Positions 20,169 to 30,811 of a DNA stretch of 64,000 nt are shown here, piece by piece. The DNA is from an uncultured Clostridium sp. GTDB lineage: Bacteria; Bacillota; Clostridia; TANB77; CAG-508. The DNA lies in NCBI GenBank assembly GCA_947571115.1, contig CANOWW010000008.1:7023-71022 (forward strand), read 5' to 3'. The notes beneath the pieces are model-generated. The model was not told where the DNA came from. It saw only the letters and a list, made by a program, of their open reading frames with translations, and ran no database searches. Position 1 is the first letter of the stretch. Each line of letters starts with the position of its first letter. Position numbers and translations under genes: made by a program.

Positions 20169-21062
20169 GTGAATTTTATGGAAGAAAAGAAAAAAGTTAA
20201 TGCTTATGAAAAATTGATAGAAGGTATTGAAAATATAATTGATTCTGGAAAATATAAAGAATTTTTAAAATCAATGAAATATTTTCATTCATATAGCTTT
20301 AGAAATAGGTTATTGATATATAACCAAAATCCAGATGCAACGAGAGTTGCTGGATATAGTACTTGGAAAAAATTAGGAAGAGGTGTAAAGTCGAATCCTA
20401 AAAAGATATTTATTGTAAGACCAATTATTGGTAAGAATAAGAAAGAACACGAAAAAGATAAAAATACAGTAAATCAAGAAGATAATCAAGATGTTAAAGA
20501 TATGGAAGAAGAGAAGTCTATTTCTGCATTTGGGTGGACACTTGTATATGATATATCAGATACATATTTATTAGATGAATCAAAGATAGTTCCACTTTTT
20601 GATGATATTACACTTAATAATAGTAGTAGTGAAGAATTATATCATATTTTAGAGCGAGTAAGTCCAGTCAAAATCGATATTGAAAGTACATATAATGGTT
20701 CGGATGGTTATTATTCAGAAAAGGAGAAAAGAATTGTTATATCTTCAAGAGTATCGCAGGATGATGCTACAACTATATTATTACATGAAATAAGTCATAG
20801 TTTATATGATGATTTTGATTATGCAAAAGAAAGAGATATGAGTGAAATGTTAGTAGAATCAATTGCTTTTATTGTTGCCGATTATTATGGGCTTGATACG
20901 AGTAAATCTAGTTTTTCTTATATAACGAAGTGGTCAAAAGGCGATTCTAAGAAGTTATTAAAACTTGGAACAAAAATCCAAGAAGCATCTGATGATTTAA
21001 TAAGCAAAATAGAAAAAGAATTAAATAAAGGAAATGAATCTAAAGAAACGAAAATTGCATAG
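20169..21062 (+). CDS. ardC: ArdC-like antirestriction/ssDNA-binding protein with zincin domain
   Basis: FHSYSFRNRLLI..Q.PDATRVAGYSTWKKLGR and LLHEISH..E...ESIAF motifs. Confidence 0.8.
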   Translation: MNFMEEKKKVNAYEKLIEGIENIIDSGKYKEFLKSMKYFHSYSFRNRLLIYNQNPDATRVAGYSTWKKLGRGVKSNPKKIFIVRPIIGKNKKEHEKDKNTVNQEDNQDVKDMEEEKSISAFGWTLVYDISDTYLLDESKIVPLFDDITLNNSSSEELYHILERVSPVKIDIESTYNGSDGYYSEKEKRIVISSRVSQDDATTILLHEISHSLYDDFDYAKERDMSEMLVESIAFIVADYYGLDTSKSSFSYITKWSKGDSKKLLKLGTKIQEASDDLISKIEKELNKGNESKETKIA

Positions 21063-21112
21063 AAAATAAAAAATTAAAAATCATTAAAGAAAGGAAGAAA
21101 CAAAAAGGGCAA

Positions 21113-21637
21113 ATGATGAAATTAGTAGAAAGAATTCAGAAATCAGAAGTTTTCATTAATGAAAAAATGAAGAATAATAATGTTGTTGTAAGAATATTGG
21201 AAGATAAAGATGAAGATAAGGGGGAAATTTTAATTTTTAAGGACAAAAAAATAGAACGTATTTTTCAAATTGAGAGAATAGCTTATCGACAAATAGAAAT
21301 TAAAGAAGACAATAAGGTGTTAGAGTACTCACTACATATAGAAAATTTAGGAAAATGGTTATACAATTTATACAATCCAATAGAAGTTTTATATGTATTT
21401 TATGGTGGTGAACAAAGAGGTAGAACGTTGACAAAAAATCAAGTTGAAAAAATAGCTATTGGTAGAACAGATAGTATGGTAATATCAAGAAAGAATAATA
21501 TGGACTTAGAAAAGAAAGTAACTGATAAACAACCAATAGTAAAAGGATATCTAGGGCCAATGTTTGAAAGAATTGATTATGGAAAAATTTATTTAAGATA
21601 TGAAACTCAAGAGATACATGACATGCTATCAGCATAA
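21113..21637 (+). CDS. Hypothetical protein
   Basis: 174-aa ORF in operon. Confidence 0.6.
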   Translation: MMKLVERIQKSEVFINEKMKNNNVVVRILEDKDEDKGEILIFKDKKIERIFQIERIAYRQIEIKEDNKVLEYSLHIENLGKWLYNLYNPIEVLYVFYGGEQRGRTLTKNQVEKIAIGRTDSMVISRKNNMDLEKKVTDKQPIVKGYLGPMFERIDYGKIYLRYETQEIHDMLSA

Positions 21638-21656
21638 ATAAAGGAAGGAGAGAAAA

Positions 21657-22754
21657 ATGCGAAATAATAATGTATATAATTATATCAATATAACTAATGT
21701 CATTAATCAACTGCATTTGAAAAAAACGTATCAGAAAGGCAACTATATTTATACTATTTGTCCATTTTGCCAGAAAAATAGCGAAAGAGAAGGTTATTTG
21801 AAAATTAATACGATAAACAATGTTTATTTATGTAAAAAATGTGAACAAAGTGGAAGCTCTGTTGAGTTGTATGCAACTTTACATTATATAACTACTAAGG
21901 AAGCATTTAAAAGGTTGTTAAAAGAAATGCCTGTCTTGGATAACATGCCATATGTATATAATAATCCTGTAAAGGATGATGTTTATAGAGATATGGTTTA
22001 TAGAAATTTTCTAAAATTACAATCTTTAAATAGCAGACATTTTGAAAAATTAAGACAAATGGATTTTTCAGATAAATATATTAATCAAAATTTATTTAAA
22101 AGCATTGAAAATAATACATCTAAAAAGAAAAAGATTTGTAAACAATTACAAGAACAGGGATTAAAACTTGATGGGATTCCGGGTTTTTTTCAGGATATAG
22201 ATTTCAAATGGAATTATAAATCTCACAATGGAATATATATTCCTGTTATGTTAGATAATAGAATTCAAGGGTTAAGAATCCTATTAGATACAAAATATAA
22301 TTTAGATACAGAAAATATATGGTTTTCAAGTAATAATGAATACAATGGCACAAAGGCAAGTAATTGGCCAATGATATTAAAAAATGAAGCAACCAGTTGG
22401 GCTAGTTTATATAATTCCAATGAACAAACGGATATTATTATTGCTACTGAAATGATATTAGCACACAAATTATTCAATAATACGAATAAAACAGTTATTG
22501 GTGTTCCAAATAATATTGATAAAGAGCTGATATTAAGTTTGGCTAAAAGAATGAATATATCTAAAGTATTTTTATTTGTAGACAAATATACAGTTTTACA
22601 TACCAGCGTTTCAGTGTGTAAAAATATAATACAAACGTTAGAACAACATAATATAGAAGTTGATTTTCGATTAGCATTAAATGATAGTAGAATAGGTAGT
22701 GATTTAATCGACATATGTAAAAAGAATGAAGAAAGAAATAAAAAAATAGCATAA
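21657..22754 (+). CDS. DNA primase-like protein (N-terminal zinc finger, divergent TOPRIM)
   Basis: CPFC..CKKC zinc finger, L.GIPGF, GIYIPV..IQGLRI, WFSS. Confidence 0.65.
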   Translation: MRNNNVYNYINITNVINQLHLKKTYQKGNYIYTICPFCQKNSEREGYLKINTINNVYLCKKCEQSGSSVELYATLHYITTKEAFKRLLKEMPVLDNMPYVYNNPVKDDVYRDMVYRNFLKLQSLNSRHFEKLRQMDFSDKYINQNLFKSIENNTSKKKKICKQLQEQGLKLDGIPGFFQDIDFKWNYKSHNGIYIPVMLDNRIQGLRILLDTKYNLDTENIWFSSNNEYNGTKASNWPMILKNEATSWASLYNSNEQTDIIIATEMILAHKLFNNTNKTVIGVPNNIDKELILSLAKRMNISKVFLFVDKYTVLHTSVSVCKNIIQTLEQHNIEVDFRLALNDSRIGSDLIDICKKNEERNKKIA

Positions 22755-22761
22755 AGGAGGA

Positions 22762-23166
22762 ATGTTTATTAATAAAAAAAGAGAAATACAAGTATCTAAT
22801 GAAATTATAAGAAAATTGAAACAAAAAGGCTATTTGATTCATAAATATTATTCAAAAACAACAAAAAGCATATATCTTAAGATTGATTATGGAGTATGTT
22901 ACGGAATAAGAATAAGCGATCATAATGGAAAGAAAAAATATTGTTATAGATTTAATCTTATTAAACAATATGCTGGACCAAAAAAGGTGATGGATAGAGG
23001 ATATGTACGATATTTTTATGATTATAAAAATATCGATGAATTAGTAGCTGATATTGATAAAGAAAAACAAAGTAAAATTAAAAGTTATGGTTTATATAAT
23101 TATAAGGCATATATGAAGCAAAATGCTAAAAAGAATATTTATAAATCATTTACAAGAGTTTTATAG
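22762..23166 (+). CDS. Hypothetical protein (SIYLK..IRISDH type)
   Basis: GGAGG RBS; basic 134-aa ORF. Confidence 0.6.
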   Translation: MFINKKREIQVSNEIIRKLKQKGYLIHKYYSKTTKSIYLKIDYGVCYGIRISDHNGKKKYCYRFNLIKQYAGPKKVMDRGYVRYFYDYKNIDELVADIDKEKQSKIKSYGLYNYKAYMKQNAKKNIYKSFTRVL

Positions 23167-23214
23167 AGGTGAAATAGTTCACCTCTATAAAATTTTGAGG
23201 AAAGGAAAATAAAA

Positions 23215-25347
23215 ATGGAAGAAAAAAAGATAGAATGTGAAGTATATGAAAATATTATAAATATAGAGTTATTTAATAAAATTATAGCATTTATTATGGA
23301 AACCACACAAAATAAAGATAAATATTTGATTTTATCCCAAATAGAAAAAAATTGTATTTGGTTACAGAGGCTAAAAAATGTAAATTTTCAAGAAGAATAT
23401 CAATTTGAGTACTTAGGTGAATTGTTGGAGAGATACGAAGAAAGATTAGGAAATAATATAGAGGATATAAGAGCTATATCATTAGTATTAGGATATGCAA
23501 GAGATTTAATAGAAAATACCATGTTTGTAGGTACACAGTTAGTTGATTTTTTAAGAAAAGTTAAAAATCTAGCCCAGAATGATATTTATATAAAAGGGGC
23601 CTTATATTTATATGATAAAGAGAAATATAGTTATTATGGAACAGATATTACAAACGAAGTATATGATAAAACAGAAGACCTATTATTTGTTTTATCAGTT
23701 AGAAGTGATAATATAGAATACATCTTTAATAAAAAGAAAGAAATGGTTATTTCGTTATTGGGAAACAAGAGGACTTTATCTGTTTTTGGCAACATAAAAG
23801 TGTATGCTTGGCTAATGAGAATTTTATATCCGTTGGTAAAAAAGATTAGAAATAAAAATCTATCTGGAATACGAGCTTTAGTAAAGATTCCAACAGGTTT
23901 TCAGAAGGAAGACACTAATATTTATAAGGAATTAATAAAAAATGGTTATAATAAAATAGAAATTAGTTATTTGAATTATATGGTGTTATCTTATTGTTTG
24001 GATATGGATTCTATTATCAATAAAGGCTCAATTGTTGAAGAGAAAATAGCAATAAATTTGTGTAAGATACTTATCAATAGTGAAAATACGTGGTCCGATA
24101 ATATATATAATTTAATTAATAACTTATTAAGTAAATATTATAAATTTAATATAAAATGTTATGGTAAAAAAGGCATAAAAGAAGCATTGATTGATGAAAT
24201 TAATATAGTAAATCCTATAACATTTATAAAATTTTATGAAACCTTTGAAAAGAGACTATATTCGTTTGACATATTAGACAATAAATGGGATATAGTAGCA
24301 ACAGAATTAAATAAAGAAGCATACGAAAGTTTATTTGATGATTTTATAATAAAAGTAGTTGGAAAAGAAAAAATCATTCAATGTATAGAAAAGTACAATA
24401 AATTAACAGAAGCAAATTTCATTGAATCTTTTTTTACCAATGATTGTAGAAGTTGCTTATTTAGTTTTTTAGTGGATAATGATGTAATTATTTTAAAAGA
24501 TTTTTTTAATGAGATAATAGAAAGAAATGAGAATAAATATGCAGAGAATTATAATTTAGAAAAATATATTAAAGGTATAAAAAATAGGAAAAGTTATGAC
24601 TTTTTAAAATACTTATTAAGTCTAGGAACATATGGTATAGAGGAAATAAATTTTTTTGGATTTAAACTAGAAAGTTTATATGAAGGAGGATGGTGTAAGA
24701 AACTTTATATACAAAAGGATTTTCTAAGTATTGAAGAACAAAAATTTTTATTTGACAGTTTGGAAACTTTTATTTTTTATTATCTTCCAGACCAATATAT
24801 TGATTTTTTAGACACTATTATAGAGACAGATTTATCAGAAGGAATCATAGCTAAAGATGTTTTAAGAAAGATGTATTTAATTCTTGTAGATTTTAGTCCT
24901 AAAAAGTACGATACTAATTTTTTAAGGGAAAAGTATTTAACAGAGAGTGAATTAAATGAAATACATGAAAAGGAGAAATTACAAAAAGAACATGAAGAAG
25001 CAATGAAATTAGTTGAAATGCGAAACCAAATAAAATGTAACTTTAATGAGATTGTGGTAAAAAACTTTAAGGAATTATATCGTTTTTGTCATCACTATGA
25101 GTTTTATGATGAAGAATTAAAATATTGTAAGGATATAGTTTATAGCTATATTTTAAATGATATAAAGAATTTTGAAAGGAGCAGGGAAGATATTATAGAT
25201 TTGAACAAAATATTAAATTTATTTTTACAAGAAAATCTTATTACAATTGATGAATACATAAACATAAATTGTGAATATTGGAAAGAGGAGGTTATAAAAT
25301 ATGGAAACAATTTTAGAACATACCAAGCTAGCAACAAAATTGCATAA
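23215..25347 (+). CDS. Large hypothetical protein
   Basis: 710-aa ORF with RBS; no motif recognised. Confidence 0.7.
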   Translation: MEEKKIECEVYENIINIELFNKIIAFIMETTQNKDKYLILSQIEKNCIWLQRLKNVNFQEEYQFEYLGELLERYEERLGNNIEDIRAISLVLGYARDLIENTMFVGTQLVDFLRKVKNLAQNDIYIKGALYLYDKEKYSYYGTDITNEVYDKTEDLLFVLSVRSDNIEYIFNKKKEMVISLLGNKRTLSVFGNIKVYAWLMRILYPLVKKIRNKNLSGIRALVKIPTGFQKEDTNIYKELIKNGYNKIEISYLNYMVLSYCLDMDSIINKGSIVEEKIAINLCKILINSENTWSDNIYNLINNLLSKYYKFNIKCYGKKGIKEALIDEINIVNPITFIKFYETFEKRLYSFDILDNKWDIVATELNKEAYESLFDDFIIKVVGKEKIIQCIEKYNKLTEANFIESFFTNDCRSCLFSFLVDNDVIILKDFFNEIIERNENKYAENYNLEKYIKGIKNRKSYDFLKYLLSLGTYGIEEINFFGFKLESLYEGGWCKKLYIQKDFLSIEEQKFLFDSLETFIFYYLPDQYIDFLDTIIETDLSEGIIAKDVLRKMYLILVDFSPKKYDTNFLREKYLTESELNEIHEKEKLQKEHEEAMKLVEMRNQIKCNFNEIVVKNFKELYRFCHHYEFYDEELKYCKDIVYSYILNDIKNFERSREDIIDLNKILNLFLQENLITIDEYININCEYWKEEVIKYGNNFRTYQASNKIA

Positions 25348-27754
25348 AACTCAAATAAACTTAGATTTTGTAAAGGAATTTTCATTGCAAAAGCTAGATG
25401 ATTGTTGTGATAGAATTCAATCTAATGAAATGATAAGAGAAAGCGGAAGGCAAGATATTTTCATACAAAGAGAATTGATAAAAAATGAGAAATTCATACA
25501 TTATCTTGTAGAAATTTATAATAGTAAAACAATAACAAATGGCTTAAAAACTTTACTGGCTGATATTGAAGCACATAATGAAAAGATAACAGATTATGAT
25601 ATAAATGATATTATTAATGTATTGAGAAATGAAAAATTATGTTATGAAGCTTATTATGATTACCTAAAGTATTTTTCCAATAGAAATCCTTTGTTTGTTG
25701 GTAAAATTACCAAAAGTTTAAATAATTTTTTTGAACAAGATACAGTAAAAATTGAGGAATTAAGTTCAGAGATGTTGAAACTATTCGAATATGATTACTT
25801 AGCCAATAATTGTTTATTGCCTTTGAGTGATATAAAAGAGGTGTATCAATTATTGCTAGAGAATGAAAAATTAAGATATTTAATTTGGTTTTTAGATTAT
25901 AAAAAGTATAAAATATCTTTAGATTTTAATGGATTTTTAAAAATAAGTAATGATGCCTCTGATATATATGAGATGGTACAGCGTTTATCAAGTGAAATAG
26001 TAGATACTGAAATTATGGGAAATCTATTATATTACTGGATAAATAATGGTTGTAGGGTATATGACTTGAAGATAATAATAGAAAAGATAAAAGAGGTTGA
26101 CAATCAAAACTTAGAATCGATTTTTAAAACTAGAAGTGGCTATATTAATTTTATATATGGTAGTAAACTAAAAAAGTTCAAATTTGATAATGTGAATGAA
26201 AGTAGAGAAAAACTTATTACTTATGCAATCATAAATAATAAAAAAAGTTTTTTGAAATTAATAGATGAGCATATGCAGGAATTTTTGGAAATACCAACCT
26301 ATAAATCTATTTTATTTGAGGAAAAATTTTATACTAAGTATTTTAACATAAATGAATTAACACTCAAAAAAATGATTAAAATAGAATATTTGAATAACTT
26401 TTCTAATATTAGAAAATTAAAAGAGCAGTTTTATACCTTTGAAGAAATTGAAGTATTAAGTAAAGTGGCACCAGCATATAGTGAGCTCTATAATCAATTA
26501 TTAGATTTACCTATTGATGACAGATTATTGAGGATAAAACAGTGTATAAAGAAAAAATTACTAGACAATGTAGAATCAAAAGACTTAGAAAAAATTGCAG
26601 AAAGAATAAAAGAAAAATCTATTTATGATTGGTTAGAAGATTTTAAATTTATACAAGATATACAAGTAGCTGATATAATTCAAATTTTTATTAATTATGA
26701 AATTATTGCTAAATTCATTCCTCAATTGAAATATAGAAGCGAACTAGGATACGTAATAAGAAATGTTGATCAGATTCAAGATTATAATAATTTACAAAAT
26801 ATAAGTGAAAATATTATAGAAATAGACAAGCAATGGAAATATTTGGAGGAACAATTAAAATTTGATGAAGAATTTATACAAAAGTATCAGAAAAATATAA
26901 GAGAATTTATTTTGAATGGTAATGCTGAAATTGCTTATTCCTATTATGTGAATTCTGATCTCAAAACGCAAGAATCCTACAAACTCATTATAAAAGCTGA
27001 AATAATGGGAGAATTTAAACAATTAAAGTATCATACAGATGACTTAAAAGAAGAGATAGATTTTAAATTAAACCAGAATCAAATAGATGAGTGGACCAAT
27101 AATAATTCTAAGATTTCTGATGAAATATATGAAATTGGTGAATATGATGATTTCTATCATACTATGATTTTAGGTGCAAAACCACAAAAAACTTGTTTAA
27201 ATTATGAGAAGGGCTCCTATAGTTCATGTTTACTTTCTTGTTTTGACAGTAATAAGAAAATTTTATATGCAAAAATGAATGGAAAAATTGTTGGCAGAGC
27301 AATGGTAAGACTTACTAAAGGAACATATAAAAGAATGGATGATAATAAAACTCTGTCTTTTTTTGATGTAGAAAAGAAAAATTCATCGAATTTTGATAAG
27401 CAGCAAGAAAAATTAACGATATTTTTGGAAAGGGCATATTTTGCTGGAATATCTATAGAAAATGAGGAAAAGGTGGAAGATTTATTCATAAAATTACTTG
27501 AAGAAAAAGCAAAAAAAATGAATGCTGAATTAGTATTAAGTTATTGTTATTGTAAGGGAATTGATGAGAATTATGCACAAACTAATTATTATGTGTATAT
27601 CTCAAAATCAAAAGCAAGTTCACAGTATTTAGATAGTTTATCAGGAAGTGCTTCGATATCTGATGAAGGACAGTATAGATGTAATACATTTTTTATATGG
27701 AAGCCGAGAGATAAATGGAATTCTATATTTGATGAAAGTATATTGATCGAGTAG
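25301..27754 (+). CDS. Large hypothetical protein with C-terminal PcfJ-like/GNAT-like domain
   Basis: 817 aa; TCLNY..G.YSSCLLS.FDSNKKILY..GRA..R..FLERAY at C-terminus. Confidence 0.55.
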   Translation: METILEHTKLATKLHKTQINLDFVKEFSLQKLDDCCDRIQSNEMIRESGRQDIFIQRELIKNEKFIHYLVEIYNSKTITNGLKTLLADIEAHNEKITDYDINDIINVLRNEKLCYEAYYDYLKYFSNRNPLFVGKITKSLNNFFEQDTVKIEELSSEMLKLFEYDYLANNCLLPLSDIKEVYQLLLENEKLRYLIWFLDYKKYKISLDFNGFLKISNDASDIYEMVQRLSSEIVDTEIMGNLLYYWINNGCRVYDLKIIIEKIKEVDNQNLESIFKTRSGYINFIYGSKLKKFKFDNVNESREKLITYAIINNKKSFLKLIDEHMQEFLEIPTYKSILFEEKFYTKYFNINELTLKKMIKIEYLNNFSNIRKLKEQFYTFEEIEVLSKVAPAYSELYNQLLDLPIDDRLLRIKQCIKKKLLDNVESKDLEKIAERIKEKSIYDWLEDFKFIQDIQVADIIQIFINYEIIAKFIPQLKYRSELGYVIRNVDQIQDYNNLQNISENIIEIDKQWKYLEEQLKFDEEFIQKYQKNIREFILNGNAEIAYSYYVNSDLKTQESYKLIIKAEIMGEFKQLKYHTDDLKEEIDFKLNQNQIDEWTNNNSKISDEIYEIGEYDDFYHTMILGAKPQKTCLNYEKGSYSSCLLSCFDSNKKILYAKMNGKIVGRAMVRLTKGTYKRMDDNKTLSFFDVEKKNSSNFDKQQEKLTIFLERAYFAGISIENEEKVEDLFIKLLEEKAKKMNAELVLSYCYCKGIDENYAQTNYYVYISKSKASSQYLDSLSGSASISDEGQYRCNTFFIWKPRDKWNSIFDESILIE

Positions 27755-27796
27755 TTTTGAAAAGAAAATAAAATTAAAAGAACAAGGAGAAACAGT

Positions 27797-28294
27797 ATGA
27801 ATAAAAATATTAATGTTGATTTAAAAAAGAAATCTAGAAAAATAAAGGTAAATAAAGAATATATTGTAAAAAATGGAAGTAATTCTATAGTAACGGTTTT
27901 AGAGTACAAGAAAGATTGTGCATTATTAAAAAATATAAGAACTCAGGAATATATCTTTACGAAAGGTATCAAATTAAATAGCAATAATAAGTTAGAATGG
28001 CTTTTTGGAATATATTATACTGAATTAAGTATTGCAGCAAGAGGATTTGAAATGCACACATCAGAATTTATAGAAGACTTAAATAGGCTAAAGGATTTAC
28101 TTCAAGAAGAATCTCACAGAAAGTATGTTGAAGCTATAATTTCAGCTGAACTGATGGATAGGTTAAGAATAGAAAAAGAGAAAAGTGAAAGTTTGGACGA
28201 AATTTATGATGATTATATTGATAATAGTACAATTCAGCTTATTTCTGAGGAACTTTATGATTTATATGAAAAAAAAATAAGAAAGGTATGTTAA
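27797..28294 (+). CDS. Hypothetical protein
   Basis: AAGGAG RBS; 165-aa ORF. Confidence 0.6.
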   Translation: MNKNINVDLKKKSRKIKVNKEYIVKNGSNSIVTVLEYKKDCALLKNIRTQEYIFTKGIKLNSNNKLEWLFGIYYTELSIAARGFEMHTSEFIEDLNRLKDLLQEESHRKYVEAIISAELMDRLRIEKEKSESLDEIYDDYIDNSTIQLISEELYDLYEKKIRKVC

Positions 28295-28308
28295 AGGAGA
28301 AATAATAT

Positions 28309-28791
28309 ATGGAGGGTATAAAAAGAATCCGTGAAATGGCTAAAGGTCAAAAAGATTTTGTGTTATTAGAAACTGTTAAATATTTAATAAGTAGAACTGA
28401 TATGAATGAAAAATACTTGAATAAAGAAAAAACATTGAAAGAAATGGCAAAGTATATTCAATCAGAGATAATGAATGATTTTTGTAAGAAGATGGGAACC
28501 AAAAACCCATCTTCTTTTGCTCAAAGTATAAAGTACGATGGTGGTAATACGAGGTGTTTAGCTGTAGGGATATCAGAAGAGAAAGTTTATGAACTTGCAA
28601 TTAATTATTTTGATAAAACAAATGAAGAATTGGGAATAAAACCAGAAGAATCAGAAAACAAGAAAAGTAATATAAATTCTGAAAAGAAAGAAAGTGAATT
28701 TGGATCAATTTTTGATTCTGACGATAATAAAACGATAAAAGATAAAAAAGAAGAAATTGAGCAAATTTCATTATTTAATAGTGTTGCATAG
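28309..28791 (+). CDS. PcfK-like/AcrIIA9-family protein
   Basis: KTLKEMAKYI..ISEEKVYELAINYF; C-terminal QISLF clamp-binding-like motif; directly upstream of PcfJ. Confidence 0.6.
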   Translation: MEGIKRIREMAKGQKDFVLLETVKYLISRTDMNEKYLNKEKTLKEMAKYIQSEIMNDFCKKMGTKNPSSFAQSIKYDGGNTRCLAVGISEEKVYELAINYFDKTNEELGIKPEESENKKSNINSEKKESEFGSIFDSDDNKTIKDKKEEIEQISLFNSVA

Positions 28792-28801
28792 GAGGAGAAA
28801 A

Positions 28802-30247
28802 ATGTATGTCAGAAAAGAAATAAGAGATTTTATGAAAAAGATGCCCAAAAATATGAAAATGCCTAAACATTGGAGAAAGTTTGTGAATGAACATAGTAAA
28901 GATTATAACTTATTAATACAACACGGAAAGGCTTATGAATGCACTAATTGTGGTAAATATTCTTATGAAAATATGATGAGAAATAAGGCCAATATTCGTA
29001 AAGGAATATGTCCTTTTTGCGGAAAGGAGTTTTATATTGCAAGGAGTAACTTGAGAAGTTGCTCCTTTGTTTATGATTTAGCATCGATTGATAATGTGGA
29101 TAATAAATTAATAATTAGATATTTTGAAATTCGTAGGTCGTACGATTATCGAAAAAGAAGATTTAATGATAATATAGCAGAATATGCAAGAATTGTTCCT
29201 GAATATGATATAGAGTTGGTAAATGATAGATTTTATAGATTTTTAACATGGGAAAGAGTATATCATACTAATAACATAAAAAAATGGAGAGTTTTTACTG
29301 GCAGATATCGATTGCGTCAGCGTTACGAAGCTATATATTTGGAAGATATGAAAGAAAAATTGAAAGGAACAATTTATGAATATGCTCCATTAACAGAGGC
29401 CGTATTGTATTTAGGAAATCGTAGAACAGATTTTATGAATGTATTGAAAAAAGCAAAATATTCTAGTTTTGAATTATTGATGAAAGCTGGATTATATAAT
29501 TTAGCATTAAGTAGACCAAAAGAATTTGATAAAAAAGGAAGTTTTGAAAAAAGATTTGGAGTAAATAAGAAATTTTATAGTTTTATGAAAAAACATGATA
29601 TTTCCTATAATGAATTACAAGTGTTACAGATAATTCAAAGACCCAATATTGCAAAAATAAGAAGATTATTGAGGATATCAAATTCAAATATAATGGATTT
29701 ACAAGAAGCAAATTCATATACCATTTTAATAAAACTGGAAGAATATTCAAAAAAACAAAAATATTTTTCAATACAAAATTATTTGGATTATATTAGAAAT
29801 ATGGAAAAACTTGAAGTACCTTTAACAAAAAAAGTACTTTTTCCAGAGAAATTTGATAAGGCACATGAGTTGAGCGTTAAGAAGGTAAAAATAGTAAACA
29901 ATAAAATATTACAAGATAAGATTAAAGAAAGGTGTCATCAACTAGAGAAAAATCAGTATAAAGATAATATTTTCTTTATACGACCTGCTCAGAGTTTAGA
30001 TGATATGAAGGAGGAAGCTAAGCAACAGAATAATTGCGTTTATAAAAATTATAGTGAAAGATATGCTAATGGAGGTACAGATATATATTTTTTAAGAAAG
30101 TTAGATGCTCCTAATAAATCATTAGTGACAGTTGAGGTTTATAAAGGAAGAATAAGACAAAAGTATCAAAAAAAGAATAGACTAGTTACTAAAAGCCAAA
30201 ATGAATTTTTAAAATTATGGGAGAAAAAAGTTTTAAACGCAGCTTAA
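28802..30247 (+). CDS. PcfJ-domain protein
   Basis: CTNC/CPFC zinc ribbon, YLDY..M, FP..F..AH, E...QNNCV..Y, FLRK..P.KSLVTVEV. Confidence 0.85.
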   Translation: MYVRKEIRDFMKKMPKNMKMPKHWRKFVNEHSKDYNLLIQHGKAYECTNCGKYSYENMMRNKANIRKGICPFCGKEFYIARSNLRSCSFVYDLASIDNVDNKLIIRYFEIRRSYDYRKRRFNDNIAEYARIVPEYDIELVNDRFYRFLTWERVYHTNNIKKWRVFTGRYRLRQRYEAIYLEDMKEKLKGTIYEYAPLTEAVLYLGNRRTDFMNVLKKAKYSSFELLMKAGLYNLALSRPKEFDKKGSFEKRFGVNKKFYSFMKKHDISYNELQVLQIIQRPNIAKIRRLLRISNSNIMDLQEANSYTILIKLEEYSKKQKYFSIQNYLDYIRNMEKLEVPLTKKVLFPEKFDKAHELSVKKVKIVNNKILQDKIKERCHQLEKNQYKDNIFFIRPAQSLDDMKEEAKQQNNCVYKNYSERYANGGTDIYFLRKLDAPNKSLVTVEVYKGRIRQKYQKKNRLVTKSQNEFLKLWEKKVLNAA

Positions 30248-30260
30248 TTACATAATTTAG

Positions 30261-30294
30261 GAGATTATCTTTACAGAAAAAGATAATCTCTTTT
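30261..30294 (+). terminator. Intrinsic terminator ending the 18-kb operon
   Basis: GAGATTATCTTT/AAAGATAATCTC plus TTTT. Confidence 0.7.
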
Positions 30295-30470
30295 CATAAA
30301 AAAATGAATTTTCTATTAGAATCCCTATTTTTTAGGAAAAATTAAATTTGAAAAAGTAGCTCTATCCACCTATTTTTCTATATTCATTAACAATTTGAAA
30401 AATATTTTTTTTGAAATTGAATGATGAACTTAAAAGTATTATAATCTTTGTAAATAAAAAAAGGAGGGAT

Positions 30471-30770
30471 ATGTCTATGGAAAGATTAATGTATATTGAT
30501 ATGGCAAAAGAATTATTAGGGGATGAGTTATATTTACAATTATTAACTGCAATTTCAAAGGAAAACGAATCAGGGGATTTAGAAAGTTATGGAAGAGAGG
30601 TGATTGATAAATGTTGTTTGATAATTATTATGTTTGGTATGTCGAATGAAATAAAAATGGATAATATAAAATTATGTTTGGGTGAAAAAGTTATACCAAT
30701 ATCTTGCAAGGAGTTTTCTGATAAATATTTAAGATATGTGAGAGAGATTCAAGAACATATTTCAAAATAA
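30471..30770 (+). CDS. Hypothetical protein
   Basis: AAGGAGG RBS; start at 30471 or 30477. Confidence 0.55.
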   Translation: MSMERLMYIDMAKELLGDELYLQLLTAISKENESGDLESYGREVIDKCCLIIIMFGMSNEIKMDNIKLCLGEKVIPISCKEFSDKYLRYVREIQEHISK

Positions 30771-30811
30771 AAAATAAGCATAATTCAAATTACACTTATT
30801 ATTTATTTTAT

